This document shows positions 26,410-38,762 of a DNA stretch of 64,000 nt, one piece after another. Each line of letters starts with the position of its first letter. Position 1 is the stretch's first letter. Source of the DNA: Lingula anatina (lineage: Eukaryota; Animalia; Brachiopoda); assembly GCA_051362555.1 (NCBI GenBank), contig CM120644.1:19118534-19182533 (forward strand). The letters are read 5' to 3'. The notes beneath the pieces were generated by a model. The model did not search any database. It was not told the DNA's origin and saw only the letters and a program-made list of their open reading frames with translations. Both the position numbers and the translations under genes were made by a program.

Positions 26410-26415
26410 AAAAAA
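26410..26415 (-). terminator. RNA polymerase III terminator (T6) of the tRNA-Gly gene
   Basis: TTTTTT on the minus strand 4 nt after the discriminator base. Confidence 0.85.
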
Positions 26416-26419
26416 CTAT

Positions 26420-26490
26420 TGCATCGGCCGGGAATCGAACCCGGGCCGCCCGCGTGGCAGGCGAGCATTCTACCACTGAACCACCGATGC
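26420..26490 (-). tRNA. tRNA-Gly(GCC)
   Basis: GCATCGGTGGTTCAGTGGTAGAATGCTCGCCTGCCACGCGGGCGGCCCGGGTTCGATTCCCGGCCGATGCA has an intact acceptor stem, A and B boxes, anticodon GCC and no intron. Confidence 0.98.
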
Positions 26491-26964
26491 TTGATACCTT
26501 ACTCCCACCCACCCCTCATCCCCACTCTCCCCCCATCCCCTTCAAACCGCAGTGTTCAACCAAGAAGTTATAATGAGAAGGAGTAGAAACGGGACATCAA
26601 TTATCTCTCTCGTCCAATCAAATCGCAGCATTCTTTTCAAAGCGGCGTCCTTTGAAATTCGATCCTCGTAACTGATCTAATCCTCCGCTCGCCTCCGCGT
26701 GACTCAAGACGGAGAAGCTGAACCAGTGCGTATACGTCTTGATTTATTCATGTTTAATGCGAATATTTGGAAGTTATACTTAGAAAAACGCCAAGTCGAG
26801 CGATATAAAGGTGAGTGAGAGTTGATAATCTGCTTTGAGCATTGTTTTATGTTCATACGGTGGCTGTCAGTCAAATTTGTCAGTGCAGAAAGCAGCGTTA
26901 GCTCGAAGATCTGAGGCCGATTCAGCGGGACCTCCATATTTAGGACTTTTTTCTTCTTAAGTGC

Positions 26965-27380
26965 GTGATGTATGCACATAATTTATGTTTTTCTGGTTAG
27001 TTAAGCACGTGCATCATTACAATACATTCCTTTGATATTAAATGAGTCCATCCTTTAGATGAAAAACATCGTTTCAAATAGACAACTTTTCATCCGACTT
27101 TTTCAAAATGGCGGGTCCCTAAATTGGTTAGAGACAGTTGGGTGACAGTTTGGGACAATTTTTGGTAATTTTAACGTGGTGTATGCAGATAATTTATGTT
27201 TTTCTGGTTAGTTAAGCACGTGCACCATTACAATACATCATAGTGATATTAAATGAGTCAATCCTTTAGATGAAAAACATCGTTTCAAATAGACAACTTT
27301 TCATCCGACTTTTTCAAAATGGCGGGTCCCTAAATTGGTTAGAGACAGTTGGGTGACAGTTTGGGACAATTTTTGCTAAT
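26965..27380. repeat. 211-bp tandem repeat, two copies here and a third at ~30755-30920 after the HINE insertion
   Basis: gaaaaacatc at 27061 and 27272. The same unit resumes at 30755. Confidence 0.92.
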
Positions 27381-30300
27381 TGTACCACCAGCGTTAGCGC
27401 TGGCGGTACACATGGTTTCGGTCTCGTCCGGATCGTTCCGCCGGCTCCGCCGGACGGCTACCGTTACCGCTTCTCCTCCTAGACGGTAAGGCCCCCCATA
27501 CCCATCTCATGGATTTAGGTCACCTATAATCTCAACTCGTTCCACGTAAAATTTGGGCTTTGTCGGTATTGGGGTCTGGGTGTGGCACTCATTGCAATGC
27601 ACCCTTGTCTAAAAATGGCAAAATTAAATGCTAATTATCTACCCTACGGAAGGAGTTATGGGAAAAATTTCTATAGACGGCTTTCCAAAAGTCATATGTG
27701 TAGATTTCAAATATACCCTTGGATTTGACCTTTGACCTTTACTTCAAGGTCAAATGGGCCAAAATTTTCAAAAAAATGAAATTTTTTACGAAAAAAAATT
27801 TTTTTGCCCTGTTATTCAGACACCACACAGACTTAACCAATAATATTATTGGAAAGTGTTACCCTTCAGGTCATCTTTCATCTCCATGAATTTGGGGTCA
27901 ATCGGTGCATTTTCACGGGAGTAGCGGCCATAAGATACCGAAACTGAAAACTGTCTCTAATTCGGGAACCGTTAATGCTAGAGACCCATTCTTTTTTGCA
28001 TTTTGTAGAGCATGTAAAGCCCAACACTGGAAGTGGTCTCGGTTTTTTTGTATTCCATACGGTTTTCGAGTTACGCTGTATCAAAAAGTACATATTGGTG
28101 GTAAAAGCAAAATGTGCAGTACGGTAATGGATAATAAATTTTGAACTCTGGAAAAATAAAACATTAGGCTTGGCAAAGCAGACAACTTGTGTTCAAAAAT
28201 GACATTATTTCATCAAATTTGAACTTCTGAAACTTCAGAGCACCTCTTATTTCAAGAATTTTGACCAAAATGACATTTTCTTTATTTTAATAATTTTTTC
28301 TGTCACAATTTAAGGCACATTATGGTAACTCCAAAATTATAACATTTAGTCCCTTATATCTCCAAAACTGGCAGAGATAGGTCTATAGTTACTATTGAAG
28401 TTGAATAGGAAGTCATATACTGGCAATCTATATGTGACCTTAAAATTGACCTTTGACCTACTTTTCACCATGAACTGAACTTTGCAAATTTTTCTTCCCT
28501 TTTATCTCCAAAACTGGCAGAGATAGGTCCATAGTTACTATTGAACTTGAATAGGAAGTCATATACTGGCAATCTATATGTGACCTTAAAATTGACCTTT
28601 GACCTACTTTTCACCATGAACTGAACTTTGCAAATTTTTCTTCCATTTTATCGCCAAAACTGGCAGAGATAGGTCCATAGTTACTATTGAACTTGAATAG
28701 GAAGTCATATACTGGCAATCTATATGTGACCTTAAAATTGACCTTTGACCTACTTTTCACCATGAACTGAACTTTGCAAATTTTTCTTCCCTTTTATCTC
28801 CAAAACTGTCAGAGATAGGTCCATAGTTACTATTGAACTTGAATAGGAAGTCATATACTGGCAATCTAAATGTGACCTTAAAATTGACCTTTGACCTACT
28901 TTTCACCATGAACTGAACTTTGCAAATTTTGCTTTCCTTTTATCTCCAAAACTGGCTGAGATAGGTCCGTAGTTACTATTGAACTTGAATAGGAAGTCAT
29001 ATACTGGCAATCTAAATGTGACCTTAAAATTGACCTTTGACCTACTTTTCACCATGAACTGAACTTTGCAAATTTTGCTTCCGTTTTATCTCCAAAACTG
29101 GCAGAGATAGGTCCATAGTTACTATTGAACTTGAATAGGAAGTCATATACTGGCAATCTAAATGTGACCTTAAAATTGACCTTTGACCTACTTTTCACCA
29201 TGAACTGAACTATGCAAATTTTGTTTCCCTTTTATCTCCAAAACTGGCAGAGATAGGTCCATAGTTACTATTGAACTTGAATAGGAAGTCATATACTGGC
29301 AATATAAATGTGACCTTAAAATTGACCTTTGACCTACTTTTCACCATGAACTGAACTTTGCATGTAAAGCCCAATACTGGAGGTGGTCTCGGTTTTTTTG
29401 TATTCCATACGGTTTTCGAGTTACGCTGTATCAAAAAGTACATATTGGTGGTAAAAGCAAAATGTGCAGTACGGTAATGGATAATAAATTTTGAACTCTG
29501 GAAAAATAAAACATAAGGCTTGGCAAAGCAGACAACTTGTGTTCAAAAATGACATTATTTCATCAAACTTGAACTTCTGAAACTTCAGAGCACCTCCTAT
29601 TTCAAGAATTTTGACCAAAATGACATTTTCTTTATTTTAATTAATTTTTTCTGTTCGAAATTTAAGGCACATTATGGTAACTCCAAAATTATAACATTTA
29701 GTCCCTTATATCTCCAAAACTGGCAGAGATAGGTCCATAGTTACTATTGAACTTGAATAGGAAGTCATATACTGGCAATATAAATGTGACCTTAAAATTG
29801 ACCTTTGACCTACTTTTCACCATGAACTGAACTTTGCAAATTTTGCTTTCCTTTTATCTCCAAAACTGGCAGAGATAGGTCCATAGTTACTATTGAACTT
29901 GAATAGGAAGTCATATACTGGCAATACAAATGTGACCTTAAAATTGACCTTTGACCTACTTTTCACCATGAACTGAACTTTGCAAATTTTGCTTCCCTTT
30001 TGTCTCCAAAACTGGCAGAGATAGGTCCATAGTTACTATTGAACTTGAATAGGAAGTCATATACTGGCAATCTAAATGTGACCTTAAAATTGACCTTTGA
30101 CCTACTTTTCACCATGAACTGAACATTGCAAATTTTGCTTCCCTTTTATCTCCAAAACTGGCAGAGATAGGTCCGTATTTTCTATTGGACTTGAATAGGA
30201 AGTCATATACTGGCAATCTTACTGTGACCTTGAAATTGACCTTTGACCTAATTTTCACCATGAACTGAACTTTGCAAATTTTGGTTTCCTTTTATCTCCA

Positions 30301-30754
30301 AAACTGGCTGAGATAGGTCCGTAGTTACTATTGGACTTGAATAGGAAATCATATACTGGCAATCTATATGTGACCTTCAAATTGACCTTTGACCTACTTA
30401 TAATCATGAACTGAACTCTGCTAATTTCTTTCTCTTTTAACTCCAAACCTGGCAGAGATAGGTCCATAGTTACTATTGAAGTTGAATAGGAAGTCATATA
30501 CTGGCAATTTACTGCGACCTTGAAATTGACCTTTGACCTACCTTACGATGAACTTAACTTTGATTGTACCATTTTAAGTTATATATATTTTTTGCGTATT
30601 TTGAAAATTCTTGTTGATTGCATTTTTATAGCTTGTCAAGCATAAGACTGGTGGCTGTGTCCCTTATTTTGTGTATGTGGGGGTCTATACGAATGCGCTT
30701 GCTCCAGCTGGTGGTACAATATTCGGAGGCGGTATCGCCTCTCTGATCCTCTAG
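27381..30754 (+). mobile_element. Helentron-associated (HINE/DINE-1-like) element, family 1, with 13 tandem 146-bp core units
   Basis: 5' TGTACCACCAGC plus adjacent inverted GCTGGCGGTACA, 3' subTIR GCTGGTGGTACAA, hairpin GGAGGCGGTATCGCCTCT and a CTAG end. Inserted in a T-run without TSD. Core anchors at 28362, 28508, 28654, 28800, 28946, 29092, 29238, then 29714-30443. Internal ~1350-bp duplication (28011 vs 29361). Confidence 0.9.
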
Positions 30755-32354
30755 TTTTAACGTGGTGTAAGCACATAATTTATGTTTTTCTGGTTAGTTA
30801 AGCACGTGCACCATTACAATATAACATTGTGATATTAAATGAATCAATCCTTTAGACGAAAAACATCATTTCAAATAAACAACTTTTCATGGGACTTTTT
30901 CAAAATGGTGGGTCCAAAATTTGATGACAGGGAACTCTCGGAATTTTTTTCAATTTTTCATTGCAATATGATGTTTGCAGAGTTTCGTTTAGGATATAGA
31001 GTTATATTTTGTAATGAATTCTGCACTTACTCATTTCAGGTTGAAGAGAATGCAGGTGAAAGATCTTTAGTTTTGCTGGCAGATGTACATGTAGCCATAA
31101 TTGGACAGTCAAATTGATTGTTTCCAGCAGCAACTTGATGAGGCACAAGGCTCTGTTTTCTTACCACCACTAATATTAAACTATAGTGCACAAGAGGTGC
31201 AAGTTTTTAAAGGGAATTTATTGGTCCAAGTTTTAAAAGGGAATTTAGTGTTCACTGGCTAATTGTCTAAAGTATAAAATAAAATAATCACCACATCAAA
31301 ATAAAAACTAACCATTTTTGTATTGCTTTAATCACTGTTGGGTGTAACAATATTGATATATTTTCATTGCTGGTACTTTGTTTTAGATGTTATACAAGTT
31401 GCTCGAATGTTGAAATAAAGCAATATCAATCAATAAAAATATTTCTTTGTTTTTTTCTTCTAATGAATTTAAACTATCAGTCTACTATAAGTTGGCCTCA
31501 TGTAATAGACAAAGATATAAACAAAAATATGTATTAATGAAATTTTATTTAGAATCATACTAAGTGCAATAACTTATTTACATTTCCCAAATTTTCCTGT
31601 TTAAGCTCTACCTGGTATATAAGCAATAATGTGCCAAAATAGAAAGAAACGAGGCTGGCATACGGAAATTGCAAGTACTACTGTTTTGTGTACACGGCTG
31701 TGAATTGAATGTGTCATTCCTAGATGAAGGTAAATTTCCTTTACACGACAAAAATAATTTGAGAATATGAGACTTCTACAGGTGCAAATTTTAGCGTTGA
31801 AGGTGGGTTTGTGAAATTGTTCTCATACATTCTTGATGTGAAACTAAATTTTGTATAACTGATCGGCTCTAGATCAAATGAAGGTGTATCTTGCATAATT
31901 TGAGTTTTATTTCCCGAAATGGTTGCGTCCAGGCTGGAAATCTCTCTCTACACCTTTCTGTAATCCCACCATGTTTTCTCTGTGAGATTATTAGAGACTT
32001 CGCGAGGCTTTATCCCAATTGGCTGAGGCAACCCACGTGAATGGTCTTTTGAATATGTATTAGGCACAAGCTCTCCCTAAGACCACAAGCTGGGTAATTG
32101 TTAGGATTAAGCCCGTTACGAGGATAGGATGAAAGGAAACCCCTTGTTTCTACTCCTTCTCATTATAACTTCTTGGTTCAACGGTTGTCAAAGCCTGGGT
32201 CCGGTTGGGCAACACTTTAAAGATACCACAAGATATTAAAAACTGAGCAACCAATGTTTCTTTTATTTTAAATATCAATAAACATATTTATTTCCGTGGA
32301 ATGCAATGATTTACATAATCACAGGTAGTCCTATCTCTGACATGGCCACTCATA

Positions 32355-32900
32355 GAGCGCATTCTCAACGAAATAAGCCAGGCTTTACAAAGCCGGTGAC
32401 CTAAAAATGGAGGACGTACATAAAAGAAAAACCGCCTAATCTTTTAATAGTCTCTCCGCCTCTCACACGCCTCCCCACACGTCGTCCCGGCGGGGTACAG
32501 TAATTAAATCTCGGCTCCGAACATTAATATTTCCGCGAATATCTCTGGTGATATTATCTCCGTAGATAGTCGATTCATTGCTGCTCTACGGGCCAAATTA
32601 TTCCTTTTTCGTCTCTGTTTTCAAAGATAATAGAACAGAAGAGCTTTTTTCCTTCGATCGCCTTCAGCCGCCATGCTTTCTTTACCACGAGTTTAACTGA
32701 TGAGCATGCGCACTTAATATTTCTCAGGTAGCTTCCGCATGGCGAACGGAGACGCGATTTAATTACTGTACCCCGCAGGGACGACGTGTGGGGAGGCGGA
32801 GAGACTATTATGAGATTAGGCGGTTTTTCTTTCATGTACGTCCGCCATTTTTAGGTCACCGGCTTTGTAAAGCCTGGCTTACTTCGTTGAGAATGCGCTC
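32355..32900. mobile_element. MITE with ~150-165-bp TIRs and 3-bp TSD ATA
   Basis: GAGCGCATTCTCAACGAA... at 32355 mirrors ...TTCGTTGAGAATGCGCTC ending at 32900. Arms span 32355-32519 and ~32747-32900, with ATA on both flanks. Confidence 0.92.
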
Positions 32901-34406
32901 ATAGATGTGCGTGATGACAATGATTACTGACACAGGTATTCTTGTTACGCGTTCAGTGTATTTTGAACACGGAACATGTATAACATACTTCCTTTAAACA
33001 AAAGATGTCCTAAGAGGCATAGTTTTTTATTATTATTTTATTTTAATTTTTGAAACTACTGCCGACTTTTCCAACACTGTCCCTTTGGCGCAATTATAAA
33101 TTTCTAAATTTGTGTTATTTAAACGTTATTTAAACGAGTCATTGATCGCCCCGTCCCTGTATTAAGATTCGATGTTTAATCTAAGCCTTGGTATTATAAT
33201 TTACCTGTAAATGAATGGCCAATGATTTACAACAACACTTTCCTGGCTAGTACTGAAGTACATGTAGGTCTACATCCACAAATCACATACTGTACCGGGC
33301 ATGGCTTCGTTTTCCTTGTAGGCCTATAAGCCACAAGAATCTTTTTTTTAATTTTTTTCTGACGTGACCTTGCATGTCGTCAAATACAAACGATTTTATT
33401 TCTGGCTTCAAGTTGTGAGATGTCACGGCTACCTCCATGACTGAGAAGTTTAGAGGAATCCACTGGCAATGTAAGAAATCCATGAAAGTAAAGTAGGCCC
33501 TACCGGTATTGATAATTACTATCTTCATAACACGCTTTTGCCCTCTCCACTTTCCTCAGCCACTTTGGAGAAGAGACTATAAATAGGCTATACGTATGTC
33601 AGGGGAAGAATTCATTCAGGCCAGAGATCGCCAAGACATGTTCAAGTAAAAAGTTTCCCATTTTTAGGGTTTTAAAGCTTTACCACGGCACTTGACAATA
33701 ATTCCTTTGAAGTTGGCATTGCGGCGCATCTTTATAATAAATAAATAAAGAATAAGTATAATAATTAATGTTTCTTATTGCTGCTCATTACAAGGAGGGC
33801 ATCATAATATCTTGTTGTATTCTAAATATTTCGAATATTTCATTCGTTCTCAATTTTTAAAATATTCTGTGTTATTTTACATGTAACATGTAGCGGCCAG
33901 GTTGGTTTCTTTGCGGAGTGTTTGGAGCATTTATATTACTAATTTAGGGAGGTTTTTCACTCTCTTTTTTTTTTTTTTTTTTTTCATCTTCAAATAGGCC
34001 TTGGCAAAATGAAAAAATAACAATGCAGTTCTGAAAAATGTGCTCAAATGAGCTCCGACGAAGCAGAAGCGCGAAAGTCCGCTGAAAGGCAGGTGCAAGG
34101 TAAAACACAATCACGGTTGAGACACCAAGGCGTCTTTGGCTAACCTCGCGTCAGGTCCGATAATTTACGAGATTCAAATCGTGAAAGAAGCCTCTCGTGC
34201 TTGTTTTCTCCTCAACCAATTAGTTTGCCAGCCGTGCCTGGTATGGGGGCCTGGGTTATAGTAGATGATGTGACAGAACTTACGGCAAAAGCTTGGGTGT
34301 AGACGACAGTAGTCTAACGTAAGTTTATGCACATAGTACTTGTGGGCATAGTAGGCCTACTAATACTTGTGTGTGTTTTTCTTTTCTTCTTTTTAGAGAA
34401 AATGAA

Positions 34407-35374
34407 TCATCTGTGGAAAAAATTCTCCTTGGATATGTCCTCCATGGTGTTCTCACGGCAGTTGAAAGGGTATTTTATGTCAAGAACATCAAGTCCGCAA
34501 CATAAACATGTGATAATGCCATCTGGTGATGCACCAAAATGTGGTTTTTGTGGTGAAAGCAGTAAGCCTGACTTTGTTAAATGGGCCTCAGAATGTTGAA
34601 GCCCAACATGGTCTGCCACATACACTCTTCCTGATGGGCACAGCTTTGGCTTGCATGAGTCTTCCTGAACAACATGCCTGTACAGATCATACACATTCTC
34701 CTCATTCTCTCTCCTCCACTCAACAGCAGGTACTCTAAAAGACTGGTCAGATGGTTTGGATATTTTCTGTAGCAGTGTAGAGGACGGCTTGGAAACACTT
34801 GTCTGCACAACGTCACCAGTAATAGATGCAGTTATTCTGCCAGTTCTTATTTCATGCCAGGCTGAGGATGAGGATTGAAACTTTGTTGTCTCCTCAACAC
34901 TTTTAATTTCCTCAGGGGTTATATCGTGTTTAGCATAAATGTCATTACACATATAAATCATATCTTCCTTGCTAAGGGTCGTGTATTGTTCCTTGTAGAG
35001 AGTTCTCAGATTGTCTGGAACCATGGTAACAGGGGAAAAATCTTCAGATTTTTCTTCTATGAAGGCCTCATTGTACTCGCTCCAAGCACTAAGTCCGACT
35101 ACAGCAGTCCCATGTATAATTGACTGTAGGAATCTGTGCTGTTCCTCGTAAGTGGCTGGCCGCGGCATTTCCCTGTGGACTCTTGTGCTCTCCCTCAGCT
35201 TTTTCTTAGCCTCTTCACTGTATAGATGCAATGGGGGCTGGTTCAACATCCTTAACATAGCATTCATTCCACTGACATGGCAAATCAGTGCAGGCAGAGG
35301 TTGTGTATCCTAGCCTCACTGTGGTTTCTACTTTATACAGCACCATTCCAATGTATGAACACGTTTCCCCCAAT
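34407..35374 (-). pseudogene. YqaJ/lambda-exonuclease-like transposon accessory gene fragment (ISL2EU-type) with a SWIM-like N-terminal part
   Basis: LGETCSYIGMVLYKVE...CTDLPCQW, then QSSSSAWHEIRTGRITAS...SGLLLSPQKPHFGASPDGIITCLCCGLDVLDIKYPF (PD-(D/E)xK fold). Frameshifted and 3'-truncated. Confidence 0.85.
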
Positions 35375-35859
35375 CTGAAAAAAGAGAGCAGATGTTCATA
35401 ACTTGTACAGGATTTGGAACATCATTTCAAACAGGCCTTAAAGATTAAAATAATGACTTACCCAAGTGTAAGTTATATGGAAAAATTGCATTCTTTACAC
35501 TAGTATATGACTTCTACAACTTAAAACAGATCTTCTGAGACAGTAAGTATTTTACTGTGTTAGTGCAGATGAGCTAGATCACCTATAATGCACTCTATGT
35601 TTGCATAAGTGAACAGTTAGTTGTTGGAGGGTCAGAGGTCCAGCTAGATGAGATGACAGGTATGTTGAGATTTCATGCTGATTTCGGTCTCCCTTGGGAC
35701 TCCAAGAAGTCTGTCCTCCTCAATGGAGTCAAGACTGGAGTTGGGGTCGATGTTATTTGACACCAAGTTCAGCCTCGCCCAATTGCGTTTCCACCTCCAT
35801 AGGCTGAACCGAGCCACTCCCATCAACCACCTGGGTAATGAGGGTAATGTTTAGGTCTT

Positions 35860-36200
35860 TCCGAAGCCTGAAATTGCAAGTCTACTGTCCATCATACTCC
35901 ATGGAGGGAGCAGATTTCAAGACTCGCGCAGGTGGTGTATAATTCTTGGGAAGGCACCAAACATTTTTCTCAATCCAGTTTTTGGACGCAAGCCCCCTGG
36001 ATTGTAATTGGTAGGCCACCTGCTGCAACCATGCCAGAGGCATGGCATAACTACCTGGGGAACTAAGCCCCTTTTTATAGATGGTAGCCACCCCTGCCAC
36101 CAGTGTTTTGAAATATAGGCTTTGATCTTCCCCAGGCAGAGCCTGGGCCAAATCCTGGATAAATTGGGCACCAGGTACATCTATTGGAGACTTGCCTCAG
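35860..36200 (-). pseudogene. Frameshifted coding relic, possibly a Dada/DUF6729-like transposase N-terminal Cys-rich region
   Basis: Stitched frames read LYFKTLVA...VVMPCLWHGC...LQSRG...LRKMFG...TTCASLEIC. Pattern similarity only. Confidence 0.3.
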
Positions 36201-36231
36201 TTTTCGGCCTTACAAGCTCACGGTACCCTTA

Positions 36232-36565
36232 CCCTTTCACTTTTCCTGGACATGTCTTCGGAGTATTCATGGACAATGTGGAAGATGGGCTTGAACTTCT
36301 CACTCACACCAAGCATATATTTCCAAGCAATACGTTGAACAGTGACAACTGTAAATGTGTGAAATATAAGTATTACAGAAACATATCACTTATTTGATGA
36401 ATACTTAAAATATCTATTTAATTAAATTTTAACATGTTAAAAAGAGTACTTACCCATTCTGTCTTTCAGAAAATCATTATCTTGTACTGTAGGCAGGAAA
36501 TTTTTAATGGGTATGTCCCTTGCCGAAATGCAGTTTCTGTAGTTGTCATCCAGATGCATGAAACT
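36232..36565 (-). pseudogene. Two spliced exons of a DUF6589-like (AcademH-type) transposase relic
   Basis: Exon ~36563-36454 reads FMHLDDNYRNCISARDIPIKNFLPTVQDNDFLKDRM and exon ~36348-36233 reads VVTVQRIAWKY...FHIVHEYSEDMSRKSE, with GT-AG boundaries. A possible upstream part lies at ~39510-39970. Confidence 0.55.
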
Positions 36566-36576
36566 ATAGATTATTA

Positions 36577-38001
36577 GTACCACCAGCGTGTATGCTGGCG
36601 GTACTCATGGTTTTAGTCCCGACCCGTCTCATACAGCTCCTGCGGCTCTCCTCCTAGACAGCAAGGATCTGTGTCCTCATCTCTTGGATTTAGGTCATAT
36701 ATAATCTCAACTTGAACCCCCAGGTTTTTTTGTCTCAGATGGTGCATTGGCCTGGGTGTGACGCTCGTTGAAACGCACCCTTGTCAAAATTTTTGAAAAT
36801 TCAATGCTAAATATTTCCCAAACCAATGGAATTATGGGAAAAATTTCTACAGATGGCTGACCAAAAGTCATATATGGAGATTTCAAATATACCCTTGGAT
36901 TTGACCTTTGACCTTTATTTCAAGGTCAAATGGGCCAAAATTAAAAAAAAAAACGAAATTTTTTACAAAAAAAAAAATTATTTGCCCTGATATTCAGAAA
37001 CTACACAGACCTAACCAATAATATTATTGGAAAATGTTACCCTTAGGGTCATCTTTCATCTCCGTTAATATGGGGTCAATTGGTGCATTTTGACGGGAGA
37101 AGTGGCCATAAGTTACCGAAACTGAAAACTGTCTCTAATTTGGGAACCGTTAATGCTAGAGACCCATTCTTTTTTGCATTTTGTAGAGCATGTAAAGCCC
37201 AACACTGGATGTGGTATCCGTATTTTTGTATTTCATACAGTTTTCGTGTTATGCTGTATTAAAAAGTAAATTGTGGTGGTGAAAGCAAAATGTGCAGTAT
37301 GGTAATGGATAATAAATTTTGAACCCCAGGAAAATAAAACATAAGGCTTGGCAAGGCAGACATCTTCTGGTCAAAAATGACATTATTTCATGAAATTTGA
37401 ACATCTGGAACTTCTGAGCACCTCCCATTTCAAGAATTTCAACCAAAATGACCTTTTCTTTATTTTAATAAATTTTTTCTGTAGGAAATTTATGGCACAT
37501 TATGGTAACCCCAAAATTATAACATTTAGTCCCTTATATCTCCAAAACTGGCAGAGATAGGTCCATAGTTACTATTGAAGTTGAATAGGAAGTCATATAC
37601 TGGCAATCTAAGTGTGACCTTGAAATTGACCTTTGACCTACTTTTCATCATGAATTGAACTTTGTAAAATTTGGTTCCCTTTTATCTCCAAAACTGGCAG
37701 AGATAGGTCCATAGTTACTATTGAACTTGAATAGGAAGTCATATACTGGCAATTTACTGTGACCTTAAAGTTGACCTTTGACCTACTTTTTATGATGAAC
37801 TGAATTTTGATTGTACCATTTTTGGTTATATTTATTTTTGCATATTTTGAGAAGTCTTGTTGATTGCATTTTATAGAGCTTGTCAAGCACAAGACTGGTG
37901 GTGGTGTCTCTTTTTATTTGGGGGGGGGGTTCCATATGAATGCGCTTGCTCCAGCTGGTTGTACTATATCCGGAGGCAGTATCGCCTCTCTGATCCTCTA
38001 G
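36577..38001 (+). mobile_element. HINE family 1, copy with 2 core units
   Basis: Same termini and body as 27381-30754. Core anchors at 37542 and 37688. Confidence 0.92.
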
Positions 38002-38070
38002 TTTTTATTTGAACCTGTCACATTGCCAGCTGACATGCTGCCATGTGTCATGCTGCCAGGTGTCACATTA

Positions 38071-38762
38071 CAGGGATGCTAGTCTTCCGGTTTTTACCAG
38101 AATTCCGGTTTTTTGCGTCCAGTTATAAAATTTTCTGGTACTATATTTTGTTCCGGAATTCTCGTTTTTAACGTGGTCGCGGACTGGACGAACGATGCGT
38201 CAGAGGAACGTCGCATTTCAACCATTGCGACAGAGCTGCGTTTCAACACAATATCTAGTCACAACCGTAGCACGTGATTTATTTATGGCGCTTGATTGGT
38301 TGGAAATGTAGGCTTTAATGTCGGCACCCATGTGGAAAGTTTTGACACCGCGTGCGCGGAATTTTGAACTAAACCAAACTAAATGGATTTCGCGGAGAGG
38401 GGAACAGACGATATTAGCCATTACCAATCTTTGAAAATGATAAATGAAAGGGATTAACATTTAGTGACTATCATTATCATGCTGGTGATTATCAAGCTTA
38501 CGTGAGGGATCATTACTGTCTACTATGGGTGGTAGGTGTTTATGTACTGATGGCACTTCCATCTTGTCAATGTCAAGATTATCCTTGGAAACAACTGTTG
38601 AAAATTACCATGAAGTTGTGATGACATATATTGCAATATATTTATTAAATAAAATTTGAAATATAGTAATTGTTTCATAATCAATTTGTACCCCCCCCCC
38701 CCCCCCCGGTCTTTGCCAAAAAAAAGTTCAGGTTTTCTTTCCGGACCCCACTAGCATCCCTG
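38071..38762. mobile_element. MITE with TIR CAGGGATGCTAG and 7-bp TSD CACATTA (P- or hAT-like)
   Basis: TIRs at 38071 and ending at 38762, with CACATTA at 38064-38070 and 38763-38769. Confidence 0.9.

Larger units (their letters stand above)
26561..32175. mobile_element. Non-autonomous P-element-like DNA transposon, perfect 30-bp TIRs, 7-bp TSD GTTCAAC, containing a nested HINE
   Basis: CAAGAAGTTATAATGAGAAGGAGTAGAAAC at 26561-26590 and its exact reverse complement at 32146-32175, with GTTCAAC at 26554-26560 and 32176-32182. CA...TG ends, a ~30-bp TIR and a 7-bp TSD fit the P superfamily. No transposase ORF inside. Confidence 0.9.

Noticed and set aside
26226-26586. ORFs overlapping the tRNA (MLACHAGGPGSIPG, LHRPGIEPGPPAWQ)
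   Set aside because: These are translations of the tRNA-Gly gene itself.
28350-30560. Regular array as a CRISPR locus
   Set aside because: Units are contiguous 146-bp near-identical repeats with no unique spacers, there are no cas genes, and the context is eukaryotic.
32697-32750. CTGATGAG...CGAAC as a hammerhead ribozyme
   Set aside because: There is no GAAA core and no convincing stems I or III. It lies in a MITE spacer.
34048-34100. Possible first exon MSSDEAEARKSAERQVQ with a donor site
   Set aside because: It is too short and has no identifiable downstream exons, so it cannot be supported as a gene.
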